A stretch of 64,000 nt of DNA from an uncultured virus (IMG/VR IMGVR_UViG_3300010938_000026) (Duplodnaviria > Heunggongvirae > Uroviricota > Caudoviricetes): the IMG/VR virus record IMGVR_UViG_3300010938_000026; one strand, given 5' to 3'. A model generated the notes under the pieces. The model had not been told where the DNA came from, did not search any database, and saw only the letters and a list, made by a program, of their open reading frames with translations. Shown one piece after another: positions 1 through 9,949 of this stretch. Every line of letters begins with the position of its first letter. Position 1 is the first letter of the stretch. A program made the translations under genes and the position numbers.

Positions 1-158
1 GAACATACATAAGTCAAGGCAATCAACAAGAATCTGCCTTCAGCATCCTGCATGGTCGTGGCGGAGGAGATCCAACCAGTTTCTCGGACATCCGTGCGGA
101 TACCACGCTAGCCCGACCGCTGGCTGCATACAAAGTTTATCGTGACCCGGCGAATCGT

Positions 159-1373
159 ATGTTCGCTATTAGTGAAAACACCGGATACATTGGAATACTG
201 GATGATGGGTCTGTATGTCTTTCTGATGGTTGGGGTGCAGAGATACGATTGAGTCGCGGTTGTGTATATATCACCGCTCCACTAGATATCTACCTCGATG
301 CTGGTCGTAATGTCGTCCAATTCGCTGGACGTGATGCAATCTTCAAAGCCTACAAAGATATGGACTTATCAACGTCGGCGGGGGATATGCGGCTCAAGGC
401 TGAGCATAACTTGCACATGCTTGGCGCGAATGCTGGCGGGACGTATGGAGTGTTGGTTGAAAGCCGGTCCTCGTTAGCCTCGGGATATCAAGAGGGTTTA
501 GGTACAGCGGCCCGGTACCCTGGAATTAACCTCGTGGCGAATACATCCAATATCATATTAAAAGCAGAAAATGTTGCCTCATGGGCTGCCGTGGCGATTA
601 TAGACGCCGCACCATCTGGAGTTATAATCCGATCCGGAGAAAAAATAGTCGATCAAACGAGTTGCGTGATTGCTCAGATCTTCGCCTATAATCAACATGA
701 TCGGTCTTACAAAGAAATAGAAAATTGCGAAGAACTAGGAAATGCGGCACCATACTATCGCGGACCTCGGTACAATCTTTTTACGTATCAGTCGACTGTT
801 CTCGACGGTGAATTGTTAGTCAAGGGAGACGTGGCTACCTATAATGATGTTGTTGCAGGGGGGCACGTATACATTGCAGGGGATGTATTGATCGACTCGC
901 AGTTTGCGCGGAACATGAGGCAATCGTTACCTCTAACAGGATCTAGTTTAAGCGTAAGTGTAATCCACGCTATGGACGGTTCGATACTAGGACAGCTTCC
1001 CACGTACGCAGCAAACTTATTCTTTACCTGTCGAGTCGATGCAGACTACCAAAATAATAACTTTACGTACCCCGAAGGAGGATGGACGACCGTTCAGCGG
1101 GCCACATGGCCAGAGCCATCGGTGGATGTCGAATTTATTGATGTGAACTGTAAGAGGAGTAAATCTGGTTCGTCGGGTGATCCGTCAAATACCGCGTCGG
1201 CCAGAAAGCCGCGACAGCAGACTTGGCCGTTCCCAGGCGCCAAGTATTACGGCAAAAAAGCACCAGCGGTAATCATTCGATCCACGCCGCGTTTAGACGC
1301 CAATGTGTCGGGTGGAAAATATAAGCCGCCAATACAAACGGTGACGATGCACGGGAAAAAGAGGTTAGGTTAA
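159..1373 (+). CDS. Putative baseplate spike / Gp5-VgrG-like tail protein (5' part lies upstream of the window)
   Basis: The frame is open back to position 3. Short beta-strand repeats (IRLSRGCVYITAPLDIYLDAGRNV, DMRLKAEHNLHMLG) resemble spike beta-helices; tail/baseplate context. Confidence 0.45.
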   Translation: MFAISENTGYIGILDDGSVCLSDGWGAEIRLSRGCVYITAPLDIYLDAGRNVVQFAGRDAIFKAYKDMDLSTSAGDMRLKAEHNLHMLGANAGGTYGVLVESRSSLASGYQEGLGTAARYPGINLVANTSNIILKAENVASWAAVAIIDAAPSGVIIRSGEKIVDQTSCVIAQIFAYNQHDRSYKEIENCEELGNAAPYYRGPRYNLFTYQSTVLDGELLVKGDVATYNDVVAGGHVYIAGDVLIDSQFARNMRQSLPLTGSSLSVSVIHAMDGSILGQLPTYAANLFFTCRVDADYQNNNFTYPEGGWTTVQRATWPEPSVDVEFIDVNCKRSKSGSSGDPSNTASARKPRQQTWPFPGAKYYGKKAPAVIIRSTPRLDANVSGGKYKPPIQTVTMHGKKRLG

Positions 1374-1375
1374 AA

Positions 1376-2258
1376 ATGTGTAGATTATTGCGCTGGCTAT
1401 TTCCTCGCATTTATCTGCGGAGAGAACTGCAAGCTCTCCGGAAACAGGTAGAAAAACTCGAAAAAGATTTCAGTGCGAGACTCGATGCCGTTTATGCTAT
1501 ACTGAAAGCGTTGAAGATGAAGTTGTGGGTGCCCGAGGCACCCGTGGTCGTCTATTACGAGGAGGACAATATGGCCCAACGTATTCATTTCGAGGTTCGG
1601 TTGCATCCACCTGTTGATGCCGATGTCGTGTCACGTTTGATCACGGTCAAAGTCACGGGTACCGACTCGACCGTTCGCATGCTCTATGATGGGGCAGTTG
1701 ACCCGCACGCTGAGGTATTAGGACGTTATTGGGGCTACGAGGATGAAGTCGTTACTGTTACGCTAATCGACGTAGACGATGCGGGCAATCATTCTGAAGC
1801 TGTTGAAGTTTCATATCACTTGCCCGATCTGACCGCACCGGCAAAGCCGGTAGCACCGGAGATCGTAGTCGTCGGAACAGACAGCGATTTTCCTCCACCG
1901 GTTGATGTCCCATCGTCTGATGAGCCACAAAGCTCCGATGAGCCACAAAGCTCCAGTGGCGAAGGGCAGCTTGAAGAAGCACNNNNNNNNNNCACTTCCG
2001 TAGAAGGCTTGGAAGAAGTATCTTCTGAAGCGTCGGAGGGCGTGGAAGAAGTATCTTCTGAAGCGTCGGAAGGGGTCGTTACCGAAGAGCATGTGGAGGA
2101 AGAACATGTAGAACCAGACGCCGGTACCGTCGAGGAGCATGTCGACGAAGTTCTCCCGTCCGATGTCGAAGACACTGACGCGCATGTTGATGAGGTCGTG
2201 GCAGACGAGGGAGATACGCAGGTCGACGCCGAAGNNNNNNNNNNACGAGCAGCTGTAA
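1376..2258 (+). CDS. Acidic low-complexity protein (spans two N gaps)
   Basis: Glu/Asp/Ser-rich with SDEPQS x2 and EEVSSEASEG x2. After the second gap, GAG CAG CTG TAA ends at 2258 and overlaps the next ATG (TAATG). An in-frame GAGGAGG/ATG at 1559/1571 gives an alternative start. Confidence 0.55.
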
Positions 2259-2725
2259 TGAGCACCTCCGTCGTAGCCGACGAACCTAAAGTTGCCTCCG
2301 AGGTCATCCAGGATTTCCTCACAGGCATCCTTTTGGATGGCCGCTATGTTGCTACGTACCAAGCGCCTGAAGGCAACCTAAAAGCTGCCTTCAGGACGCT
2401 TACGTACGAGGAGGAAACGGAAGTTCGCAAATACCTGGCTCGGACCTTTGAAGGGCAGGAATACGTAGATACGGCTCTATTCCGGCGTGTGCGCGACGTA
2501 TACAAACTGCGATTTTGTATTCAATCCATTCACCTCGATAAGAAACTCATCTACGATGCCACGGTGCATGATTGCTCTGTCCTAGAGCAAAAGGTCTTAG
2601 TAAGCGAACCGATGGTTGCAATCCTGCGCGCTTTACTGCACAAGTTTGAGACACTGTGCGGTCAGATAATTAAGGAGGTGTCGCGCGGTGATTTTTTCGG
2701 CGTCATCAGGGAGTCTACAACTTAG
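2258..2725 (+). CDS. Putative tail assembly chaperone (gpG-like)
   Basis: ATG at 2258 coupled to the upstream stop; 155-aa protein (FRTLTYEEETEV...) ending at an in-frame T TTT TTC slippery heptamer. Confidence 0.6.
   Translation: MSTSVVADEPKVASEVIQDFLTGILLDGRYVATYQAPEGNLKAAFRTLTYEEETEVRKYLARTFEGQEYVDTALFRRVRDVYKLRFCIQSIHLDKKLIYDATVHDCSVLEQKVLVSEPMVAILRALLHKFETLCGQIIKEVSRGDFFGVIRESTT
2672..2698 (+). promoter_or_regulatory. Programmed -1 ribosomal frameshift signal (internal SD plus T TTT TTC)
   Basis: AAGGAGG at 2672-2678 and X XXY YYZ heptamer at 2692-2698 in frame with the upstream ORF; the -1 frame opens right after TGA (2689-2691) and stays open to 3024. Confidence 0.75.
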
Positions 2726-3024
2726 TAGACGCCCTAGCTGAGCAGAACTTAGTCCGCATCATTGGCCCATCTTCGTGGTTATACTCTAAACTTGTCCTGC
2801 ATCTGTTGCTTTTAAGACAACGTCTCAAAACAGAGCAGCAGATTGCTTTTGCCCACCTTGTGGTTACCGATCCCAAACAAGCACGCCCCGCGTACAAACG
2901 GTATATCGCTCGTATGCTCCCGTATGAAATGAACTTATACTATAGTCATAAGGACACCATCCAAAACCTGATCGAACGCTACAAGAAGATTTATGGGGAT
3001 CCAGTAAATGCCACGGTATCCTAG
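2692..3024 (+). CDS. -1 frame extension of the tail assembly chaperone (gpGT-like)
   Basis: Stop-free -1 frame FFRRHQGVYNLVDALAEQNL...LLLRQRLKTEQQ..., continuous with track ORF 2806-3024; no ATG near its 5' end. Confidence 0.65.
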   Translation, partial: FFRRHQGVYNLVDALAEQNLVRIIGPSSWLYSKLVLHLLLLRQRLKTEQQIAFAHLVVTDPKQARPAYKRYIARMLPYEMNLYYSHKDTIQNLIERYKKIYGDPVNATVS

Positions 3025-3949
3025 AAAGTCCAGAGTTTTCAAGCCACACGTGCGTGTCCCGGCACCCAAGCGACTGAGGAGAAGCCGACTCCGTCCACCC
3101 CGTCATTACATGGGCCGGGAACTCGACAGGGAGGTCAGTACTATATCCGTAGGCGAGATCGAGGAAAGTCTAAGTCAATCCCAAAAGCAGATAGACGAGG
3201 CGGCGCATACAGATGGGATTGAAGAGGAAGTAGAGATCCCTACGCCATCAGGACTTGAACTGTCTGACGAAGAAACGACTCAAGTCGAGCCGGCGTTATT
3301 GGAACTGGGATCTCCTGAAGAAACGTTCACGATCATCGAATCTCTAGAACTCGAGGGCGTCGAGCAACCAGAACCGACGTCAGCTGTAGAACCACCTGAA
3401 GGAGAAGTGGGGGAAACCCTGGTAGCGCATCTCACGCAAGACGACCTTGGCGAAATGGAATCCGCGCCGGTTGAAACCCCATCTCCGGAAGATACGGACT
3501 TTACGGCATCTATGGCTGAGACACTCGAGATTGCGGAACCTGTATATGAGCCTCAGTTCCCTCAACCAGAGTTGCCCGATGATACGGGGGAATTTGCCCT
3601 CGTACATGAAGATATAGATGAATATTCACCCGAAGTGCGGCTCGCAGAACCGCTCGACCTAGACCTAGATTATGCCGCAGAGTTTGAGGGCGTACAACCG
3701 CTCGAGCTAGACGGGGCAGTTCCCGAACCCGCTCAGGTTTCCGATTTAGCCGATCTGCAGGAACTCGCGGGAGAACAGCATTTCGCGTCTGTGCCGCCGG
3801 AAGAAATTGAGGTGCCGGATATCGAACTACCGCGTAGTGACCATGAGGAGCTGCTGCAATACGCGAAATCTGGACGAGTGCGGTCCCCTGCTGAACGGTT
3901 CCAAGACTTTCAACCAAGAAACTTAGTTAGCGTACCTGACATCGCATGA
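3008..3949 (+). CDS. Hypothetical protein with Arg-rich N-terminus and long Glu/Pro-rich body
   Basis: 313-aa ORF overlapping its neighbours; strong charge asymmetry. Confidence 0.65.
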   Translation: MPRYPRKSRVFKPHVRVPAPKRLRRSRLRPPRHYMGRELDREVSTISVGEIEESLSQSQKQIDEAAHTDGIEEEVEIPTPSGLELSDEETTQVEPALLELGSPEETFTIIESLELEGVEQPEPTSAVEPPEGEVGETLVAHLTQDDLGEMESAPVETPSPEDTDFTASMAETLEIAEPVYEPQFPQPELPDDTGEFALVHEDIDEYSPEVRLAEPLDLDLDYAAEFEGVQPLELDGAVPEPAQVSDLADLQELAGEQHFASVPPEEIEVPDIELPRSDHEELLQYAKSGRVRSPAERFQDFQPRNLVSVPDIA

Positions 3950-4479
3950 GCCGCATCATTACAACAGTCACACATCCTGCCGTTGCAATTAGCGGTGTGC
4001 CGTCGATTCAGCCGCTTGGTGTACTATTGACCTTGCCTAACGGTCAGGTTCTGGATTTGAACACGTTTGGGCTAATTCCCACGCGGGTAGAATTTCGGAG
4101 CACCAGCAACGTCAGCGCAGAGGTGAGCAGTAACTTCTTCCTGTACATGTACATTTTCGGCGCTTTGCCTTTCAAGGCTGTACTTAGCGGTTACATTATC
4201 CGCAATGTGACACAATCAGGTCAAAATCAACTAACGCTGCAACATACGTCACCGCTAACATTCCTGACCTTCTTGGCAACCAAGGTTGCCGCGTCATATT
4301 CATTCCGGCCGGTGATTCTTTCCTTAACCTCGGATTTGCTAGATCCGACTGTTGACCGATTAAATATTTATGGGTTTCTCGTTGACGTCGGCGCACAGTT
4401 TGAAGCGGATGAGAACATATCCGGGCTGGGTTCATTCAGATTGGAAATTTTGGGCATACCACCACCACCAACGCCATGA
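3946..4479 (+). CDS. Hypothetical virion/tail protein
   Basis: 177-aa ORF with ATGA coupling on both sides; beta-rich; directly upstream of the hub-like gene. Confidence 0.6.
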   Translation: MSRIITTVTHPAVAISGVPSIQPLGVLLTLPNGQVLDLNTFGLIPTRVEFRSTSNVSAEVSSNFFLYMYIFGALPFKAVLSGYIIRNVTQSGQNQLTLQHTSPLTFLTFLATKVAASYSFRPVILSLTSDLLDPTVDRLNIYGFLVDVGAQFEADENISGLGSFRLEILGIPPPPTP

Positions 4480-6188
4480 GTGGCATAATTCCCGCTGACC
4501 AAACAGCTTTTTATGCCCCCCCATATACATCGCTGGCTCTCTCCATGTTTGCCGCGGTGCAAATAGAGGGGCGTACTTTTACTTTCCCCGTAAACTCCGT
4601 AAAATGCAAATTTCCTTTGGTTGCGTCTGGTGGCTCCTCTGACCTGCCGGAATGCTCTGTGGAGTTAGCTACCGGGTTTGAGGCATTCTCGGGTACTCCC
4701 GTCAACTCAGAGCTATTGCGCAACCTGGTTTTCCAGATTCCGATTGAAGTGTACTTAATGGTGTCTGGTACTAGTGGCAATCCCACTGGGATACTGGGAC
4801 TTCATCGCAACGGGAGATACGTACTATTTCGGGGCTTTGTGACTGACATCCTGTACAGCCGTATACCCGGCAAAGTCGGTGTGATGCTTAAGGCGATACA
4901 CTGGCTATATGCCCTGAATTTCAGTTCAGCTTTGAGTGAAACCAGTCATCCTAAGAACCCCGCTGATCTTACGTTCAATGCATTTCTGAGGACCGGCGCC
5001 GGCTCGCGGGGAGGTCTGACCAACCTTGACGACTTCCAAGCCACAATAGGGCCGCTGAATGTAATGCAGGACATGTGGGGATACGCGATTTGGCCGTGGT
5101 TTCTATCCCTCGCGTCGACAGATCGCATCAACGTCCAGGCATTCTGGCCGGGAATCAACGATTCCGCAAATCGACTGTCATACTGGGCATTAAACCAATT
5201 TTGGTTCGGACCGGGCTACCGTCCTCTGTCCGTACGTACGGACTACGTTGCCTCGCAGTACATCATTCTTTCCATATCAAATGCACTTGCCGGTCTGATG
5301 GCTGGCACGTTCCACAATAGCCTACATGATCTCGCCAACAAAACCTTATGGGAAGAGTTAGTACGTCTTGCTGACCATTTCTTTTTCATGGTCATCCCTC
5401 TGCCGCTGACCGCTGTAGTGGCACCCTTTGTACCGGCACTCGGAACCATCTACGACCCGTATAGTATGGGCGTCACGATTCTGCGCCGGGACATTTTCAC
5501 CGTCCGTGTTGCGTCCAATCTCGACCGTCCGCTGCGAGCGGTAGGTCTGTTTGGAAGCGTATCCACATTTGCCGGCTCTGATTTATCCTCCGACCCGGTG
5601 AGTGCTGGGATGGAAAGCCTGATAGGTGGAGCTTTCGTCGCTCCCAACATCCCGGATGGCATGGTCATGTTCAATCCGGCTCCGTTTTATGCCGCAACTG
5701 TAGTGGAACCGTCAGTTTTCGGCCCACTTCTCCTTGGGGCGCGGGGGAACGCGTTCGCTGCCCCTGGAAGAGGGTCCAATAATCGGCGGCTGAAGTCGCA
5801 GATGATGCAAGGCCGTAAAGCATTCTTAGATAATCTGTCACAGTACCTGTACAATACCTATGTTACGTATAAAAGGCGGGTTCTATTATCTGGCCCACTG
5901 CGTTTTGATATTGCGCCTGGAAGTACAATCGCCATTGAAGGAGTTACCTCGTGGTTTCATCCTTCTGACGATGTAAAGGGCAGTACAGTTTATGGTTTGG
6001 TGCGTAGTGTGGAACATCAAATTCACGTCGGCGGAGACGAACACTCTCAAGCCGAATGTAAAACGGTTTTGGAGCTCCAGTACATCAGGAACGGGGTGGA
6101 ACAACTGCATCCTGCCTTTGTCAGCACGACCCACCCGCTGTACAAGAACACCTTTGCGGGGATGCCAATGCTTAATGGACCATTCTAA
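4476..6188 (+). CDS. Putative baseplate hub protein (gp27/gpD/Mu gp44-like)
   Basis: C-terminal GPLRFDIAPGSTIAI...YGLVRSVEHQI...KTVLEL pattern is typical of hub proteins; N-terminal LFRGFVTDI. Confidence 0.55.
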   Translation: MSGIIPADQTAFYAPPYTSLALSMFAAVQIEGRTFTFPVNSVKCKFPLVASGGSSDLPECSVELATGFEAFSGTPVNSELLRNLVFQIPIEVYLMVSGTSGNPTGILGLHRNGRYVLFRGFVTDILYSRIPGKVGVMLKAIHWLYALNFSSALSETSHPKNPADLTFNAFLRTGAGSRGGLTNLDDFQATIGPLNVMQDMWGYAIWPWFLSLASTDRINVQAFWPGINDSANRLSYWALNQFWFGPGYRPLSVRTDYVASQYIILSISNALAGLMAGTFHNSLHDLANKTLWEELVRLADHFFFMVIPLPLTAVVAPFVPALGTIYDPYSMGVTILRRDIFTVRVASNLDRPLRAVGLFGSVSTFAGSDLSSDPVSAGMESLIGGAFVAPNIPDGMVMFNPAPFYAATVVEPSVFGPLLLGARGNAFAAPGRGSNNRRLKSQMMQGRKAFLDNLSQYLYNTYVTYKRRVLLSGPLRFDIAPGSTIAIEGVTSWFHPSDDVKGSTVYGLVRSVEHQIHVGGDEHSQAECKTVLELQYIRNGVEQLHPAFVSTTHPLYKNTFAGMPMLNGPF

Positions 6189-6199
6189 GAGAGATAGTC

Positions 6200-6946
6200 A
6201 TGGCTACCTATGACGAAAAGGCCTTACAGGCAACATGGAGAGCTTGGGCCAGCCAACCTGGCAACAAAAAGCTATCCAGCGAAGTCATCGCGAAATTTGA
6301 TCCTCTGATTAAAGTTGTCATCAATTCCTATCTGGGGAAACAGTACGTGAATGACCCCCTCATGATAGGGCGCGCGCGACAACTCTTGTACCAATCCTTA
6401 CAAACTTATAGCCCAGAGAAAGGCCCGATTACGTCCTATGTCTGGATGAATTTGCAGCGGTTACAGCGTTATCTGAATAAGCAACAAAATGTCATCCGCT
6501 TGTCGGAGCGCGATGCATTAATAGCGCGTGCTGTAGAAAACGCTGAGAAGGAATTTATTGAAGAAATGGGACGGGAGCCAACGGATGAGGAGCTGGCGGA
6601 TAAGTTGAATATCTCCCGGGCCCGGCTGCTAAAATTGCGGCGCCGTCAAAAAATGGGGTTTGAGGGATCATTTGAAGCGGTAGGAGACGATGAAACCGGA
6701 GGCATGTTGCCTGGGGTAGACACCGCCGGCCGACCCATAAATCGTAAGTATGCTGAGTTGTTGTACGACAGTCTAGAAGACACCAAGGATAAGTACATCA
6801 TGGAACGCGCCTTTGGTTTAGGCAATCGGGAACCGGTACCCCTTGACAAAATCGCAAAAGACCTGAACATTTCAAAAGGAGCGGTCAGTCAGAGGTTAGC
6901 GAAGCTCAACCAGCAATTGCTGGAATTATCCGAGGCTTTGAGGTAA
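6200..6946 (+). CDS. RNA polymerase sigma70-family factor (SigF/FliA-like, group 3)
   Basis: Region 2 YSPEKGPITSYVW; region 3 GREPTDEELADKLNIS; region 4 HTH LDKIAKDLNISKGAVSQ. Confidence 0.9.
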   Translation: MATYDEKALQATWRAWASQPGNKKLSSEVIAKFDPLIKVVINSYLGKQYVNDPLMIGRARQLLYQSLQTYSPEKGPITSYVWMNLQRLQRYLNKQQNVIRLSERDALIARAVENAEKEFIEEMGREPTDEELADKLNISRARLLKLRRRQKMGFEGSFEAVGDDETGGMLPGVDTAGRPINRKYAELLYDSLEDTKDKYIMERAFGLGNREPVPLDKIAKDLNISKGAVSQRLAKLNQQLLELSEALR

Positions 6947-6953
6947 ACATGAT

Positions 6954-7334
6954 ATGTCCGTGCCTTATCTGAAAAACTTGGTTAAGGAGCTTCAAGAAAA
7001 TAGTCGAATTACGCATTGGATCCATGAACCATCATTGGTGCCCACTAGCTTTACCACGGAGCCAGGTGAATACATTCACCAAAAAAGGGATCCTTTACGT
7101 AACCTTTATTCACGCCACTTCCACGGTTCCATGGCCCAGCGTGCAGGTGCGCTGCTGGCCATCAACTACACCGGCGCATTTCAGCGCTCTATGGTCTCCT
7201 TTTTGCAAACTCCTGTTATGATAACGAGAAATGAAATCGTGCGGGATGCTGCACAGCGCGGATCCAAAGGTAAGGACGTGTATTCGCAAATACTTAAGCA
7301 CATTGAATTTTTGCTATCGCAATCCTCTCAGTGA
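6954..7334 (+). CDS. Hypothetical protein
   Basis: 126-aa ORF with GAGGT upstream, coupled to the next gene. Confidence 0.6.
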   Translation: MSVPYLKNLVKELQENSRITHWIHEPSLVPTSFTTEPGEYIHQKRDPLRNLYSRHFHGSMAQRAGALLAINYTGAFQRSMVSFLQTPVMITRNEIVRDAAQRGSKGKDVYSQILKHIEFLLSQSSQ

Positions 7335-7810
7335 TTATGGATATCCAGATAGAGGCGCCACAGAATGTCGGGGTTATCGACGGACATTCTGCGGCCGTAC
7401 AAAAATTTCTGCTAAATTTCGTAGACCTGCAATACGATGACACGTATTCACTACGAAACAATTCCGGGGTTGTCCAAACAAATCCCGCGATGCTGTATGC
7501 GTATGCATGGTCTGATACGCTCAGGGTCAAACACCGGCTTGCGGAAGCAGACCCTGCATGGCGTACCATTCACGTGCAAGTACAAGAAGCGCGCATGCAA
7601 GGTGAGGATTTGCATATTCATGTAACTTTGACGTTTGCTGATGGAGCTAAAGCCGATGTCGCTGCCTGCATCCGAGATTGGTTGGAACTCGACTCGCAAG
7701 ATTCTACAGCAGCTGATGGCGAAGGCTTTGGAGACAGCGCCAGCGAGTTCGAGGCAGAGATGGCAGGGCCGCTTGGCGAACAAAGTACAGAGGGAAATCC
7801 CGACACTTGA
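7331..7810 (+). CDS. Possible baseplate wedge subunit (gp25/XkdS-like)
   Basis: Size and position before a baseplate J-like gene; ends in VQVQEARMQGEDLHIHVTLTFADG strands. Confidence 0.4.
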   Translation: MIMDIQIEAPQNVGVIDGHSAAVQKFLLNFVDLQYDDTYSLRNNSGVVQTNPAMLYAYAWSDTLRVKHRLAEADPAWRTIHVQVQEARMQGEDLHIHVTLTFADGAKADVAACIRDWLELDSQDSTAADGEGFGDSASEFEAEMAGPLGEQSTEGNPDT

Positions 7811-9074
7811 TACACAGGATAGCGCCTTCAGTAAATACGTTCTCCACGCGGATGCTGCAGTCTTAGCGGCGATGGAGGAGATTCTAGTAAGTATCGTGCG
7901 TTTGTTCAGCGGTAAAGCTTCCACGCAGCTTGACCATTCGCTGGCGCAGTGTTTCGCCGAATTACTGGGTTATCAACCATCTCCGCCTAAAGCAGCTAAA
8001 GGGCGCGTGATCATTATTTATGATCCAGCACGCATTAGTCTTGATACGATTTTGCCCACAAAATTGGTGAGCGGAGGCATGACCTTCTCAATTCAGAAGG
8101 TGTTATTCACTGTTGAGTTAAAGAAAAAAATGGTCGCTTTAGTAGAAGTCGAGGCAGACCGCGCAGGGTCCGCAGGTAATTTGATCGTCGGGACGCAATT
8201 ATCCCCAATAGTGCCGATTGACGGGGTGGACAACATTTTGGCCAATGAAGACTTTACGGAAGGAGCTGATGCTTTGGACGCTGGCTATCTTTTGCTTCGT
8301 GAATTACATCTGCTACGACAGAACGTCGCTGCGCCACCTCCGGTACGGGCGTTGGCCGCTATGTCGCTGCCCAAGGTTGTTCCTGGATTCTGGCACGACG
8401 GGTGTTTTTACGTTGCTGAACATGTACGTTTGTCTACAAAAATCACATTAATTCCTGTTAGCTCGCACGGAACTACCGTTTTGGAAGAAGGAACGTACTT
8501 GCCGTTTTATGAAGTGCTTGGCGTATTAGATGGTACGGATCAAGAGATTGACTATTTAGTCAAAGTAGATAGACAAAATTTCAGTGCAGAAACTATTAAG
8601 GTCACGCTGAAAAAGCCGGAGGGCGTGGATGTTCGGGAACATGTCCTTTTAATAGCACGAGCCATTCCTGATTTATTGGCCGTGCATTGCGCTCTTTCAC
8701 GCTTGAGTGTTCCCGTACGCGCTGCTAATTTGGCGCTATTGCGGATAAAAGGAGTTGCGGAATCAGCTCCCCTTATGGGAAATCTCGGTGCATGGTGCGC
8801 CAAGTTCTTACAGCAGAACAGACGTACCCGAACGCTGTCGGTTGGGGAAATCAAACAGGCTCTGAGCAATTTCGGGATCGATGTACACACTGTCAGCGTG
8901 GAACATCTAACCGTGTCTGGCCGTAAAACAATTACCGGAGAAGCTGAGTTAATGCTTCCANNNNNNNNNNTAACTGTTTGGGTTTACGATAATGACACAT
9001 TTGATCTCACAACCACTTTTAGTCCAGCAGCTCCTAAACAGCACGCCGAAGTCGGTTCGGACACCACAGGCTGA
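7635..9074 (+). CDS. Baseplate J-like protein (start uncertain; N gap near the 3' end)
   Basis: VEADRAGSAGNL...PIDGVDNILANEDFTEGADA matches the baseplate J motif (A..G..GN...I.GV..V.N..F.GG.D). Confidence 0.75.
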   Translation: MLMELKPMSLPASEIGWNSTRKILQQLMAKALETAPASSRQRWQGRLANKVQREIPTLDTQDSAFSKYVLHADAAVLAAMEEILVSIVRLFSGKASTQLDHSLAQCFAELLGYQPSPPKAAKGRVIIIYDPARISLDTILPTKLVSGGMTFSIQKVLFTVELKKKMVALVEVEADRAGSAGNLIVGTQLSPIVPIDGVDNILANEDFTEGADALDAGYLLLRELHLLRQNVAAPPPVRALAAMSLPKVVPGFWHDGCFYVAEHVRLSTKITLIPVSSHGTTVLEEGTYLPFYEVLGVLDGTDQEIDYLVKVDRQNFSAETIKVTLKKPEGVDVREHVLLIARAIPDLLAVHCALSRLSVPVRAANLALLRIKGVAESAPLMGNLGAWCAKFLQQNRRTRTLSVGEIKQALSNFGIDVHTVSVEHLTVSGRKTITGEAELMLPXXXXTVWVYDNDTFDLTTTFSPAAPKQHAEVGSDTTG

Positions 9075-9137
9075 GTACGGATTGACCGTCCGCTATCAAG
9101 CGATCGGTGAATGTTTGGAGGAAATGCTGGAAGAAAA

Positions 9138-9157
9138 TTTTAATCACGTGATTAAAA
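9138..9157. promoter_or_regulatory. Dispersed palindromic site TTAATC-N4-GATTAAAA (representative copy)
   Basis: TTTTAATCACGTGATTAAAA; other copies start at about 21994, 31473, 40516, 45069, 45255, 45986, 46548, 48354 and 62381; partial copy at 10898. Confidence 0.8.
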
Positions 9158-9233
9158 AATGTTTCTACATGCCCGGCAAGGTACAATGGGAAGAGGTTCG
9201 TAACGATTGCTGGACACACAAGGAGAATGGCGT

Positions 9234-9518
9234 ATGACCACTGCAAAAATTCGTGAAGACCTGTCAGTCGAACTGGATAACGGCTTTCAGCCAGTTTTCA
9301 AGGTCATAGTCGAGAGTGGCGATCACGGTTCACTCTTAGAGCCGGCGGTCGCGGACATGGTGCGCAAATTCGCTCGGACAAAATACTTGGAAATTGGAAT
9401 GCCTATAGCGCCAACAATCGTAGCCATCAAGAAGGATGGAAGCATGTGGCGTACTGGCGATCCGCCACACGAGGTCGAAAAGTTTCACGCGATCTTTGAA
9501 TGCACCATACGAAGGTGA
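9234..9518 (+). CDS. Hypothetical protein
   Basis: AGGAG at 9221 before ATG 9234; TGATG coupling to the next gene. Confidence 0.6.
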   Translation: MTTAKIREDLSVELDNGFQPVFKVIVESGDHGSLLEPAVADMVRKFARTKYLEIGMPIAPTIVAIKKDGSMWRTGDPPHEVEKFHAIFECTIRR

Positions 9519-9949
9519 TGCCAGACGATCTTTTTCGCACGCTGCTAATTCGCTTATTAGCGCTACCCGTTGGGACCCCTACCATTGTGGCGGAATTATG
9601 TTGCCGTATTGCGACACAGTGGAGCTCCGTGTGTCGTGTCGAACAAGCAGCGGTCGCCTTGACCTTCGCAGAGACGAAAGATGAGCTACTGAAATGTGTG
9701 GAACAAGTGTGTAAAGAACCGCAGCAAGTACGGCTTATCAGCCTCTTGAATAACCGATTTTTGACCTACGGCAGCGAAAAGGCATATGATACGATCATGA
9801 AAGCGTGGGTGCCACTGGAGCAGGTGCTTCCCTCGACCACCATGATACTATCGTTCAATATTGCTGCGCACTGGCATGACATCCAACAGCAGCATCAAGC
9901 TATCCGAAGTCGCCATTCTCACACTGATCAACAGCCCTCTGGCTCATAA
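9518..9949 (+). CDS. Hypothetical protein
   Basis: ATG overlaps the upstream TGA; helical protein. Confidence 0.55.
   Translation: MPDDLFRTLLIRLLALPVGTPTIVAELCCRIATQWSSVCRVEQAAVALTFAETKDELLKCVEQVCKEPQQVRLISLLNNRFLTYGSEKAYDTIMKAWVPLEQVLPSTTMILSFNIAAHWHDIQQQHQAIRSRHSHTDQQPSGS

Noticed and set aside
1376..2725. Single 449-aa protein
   Set aside because: Joined across two 10-N gaps; a TAATG stop/start at 2256-2260 indicates two genes.
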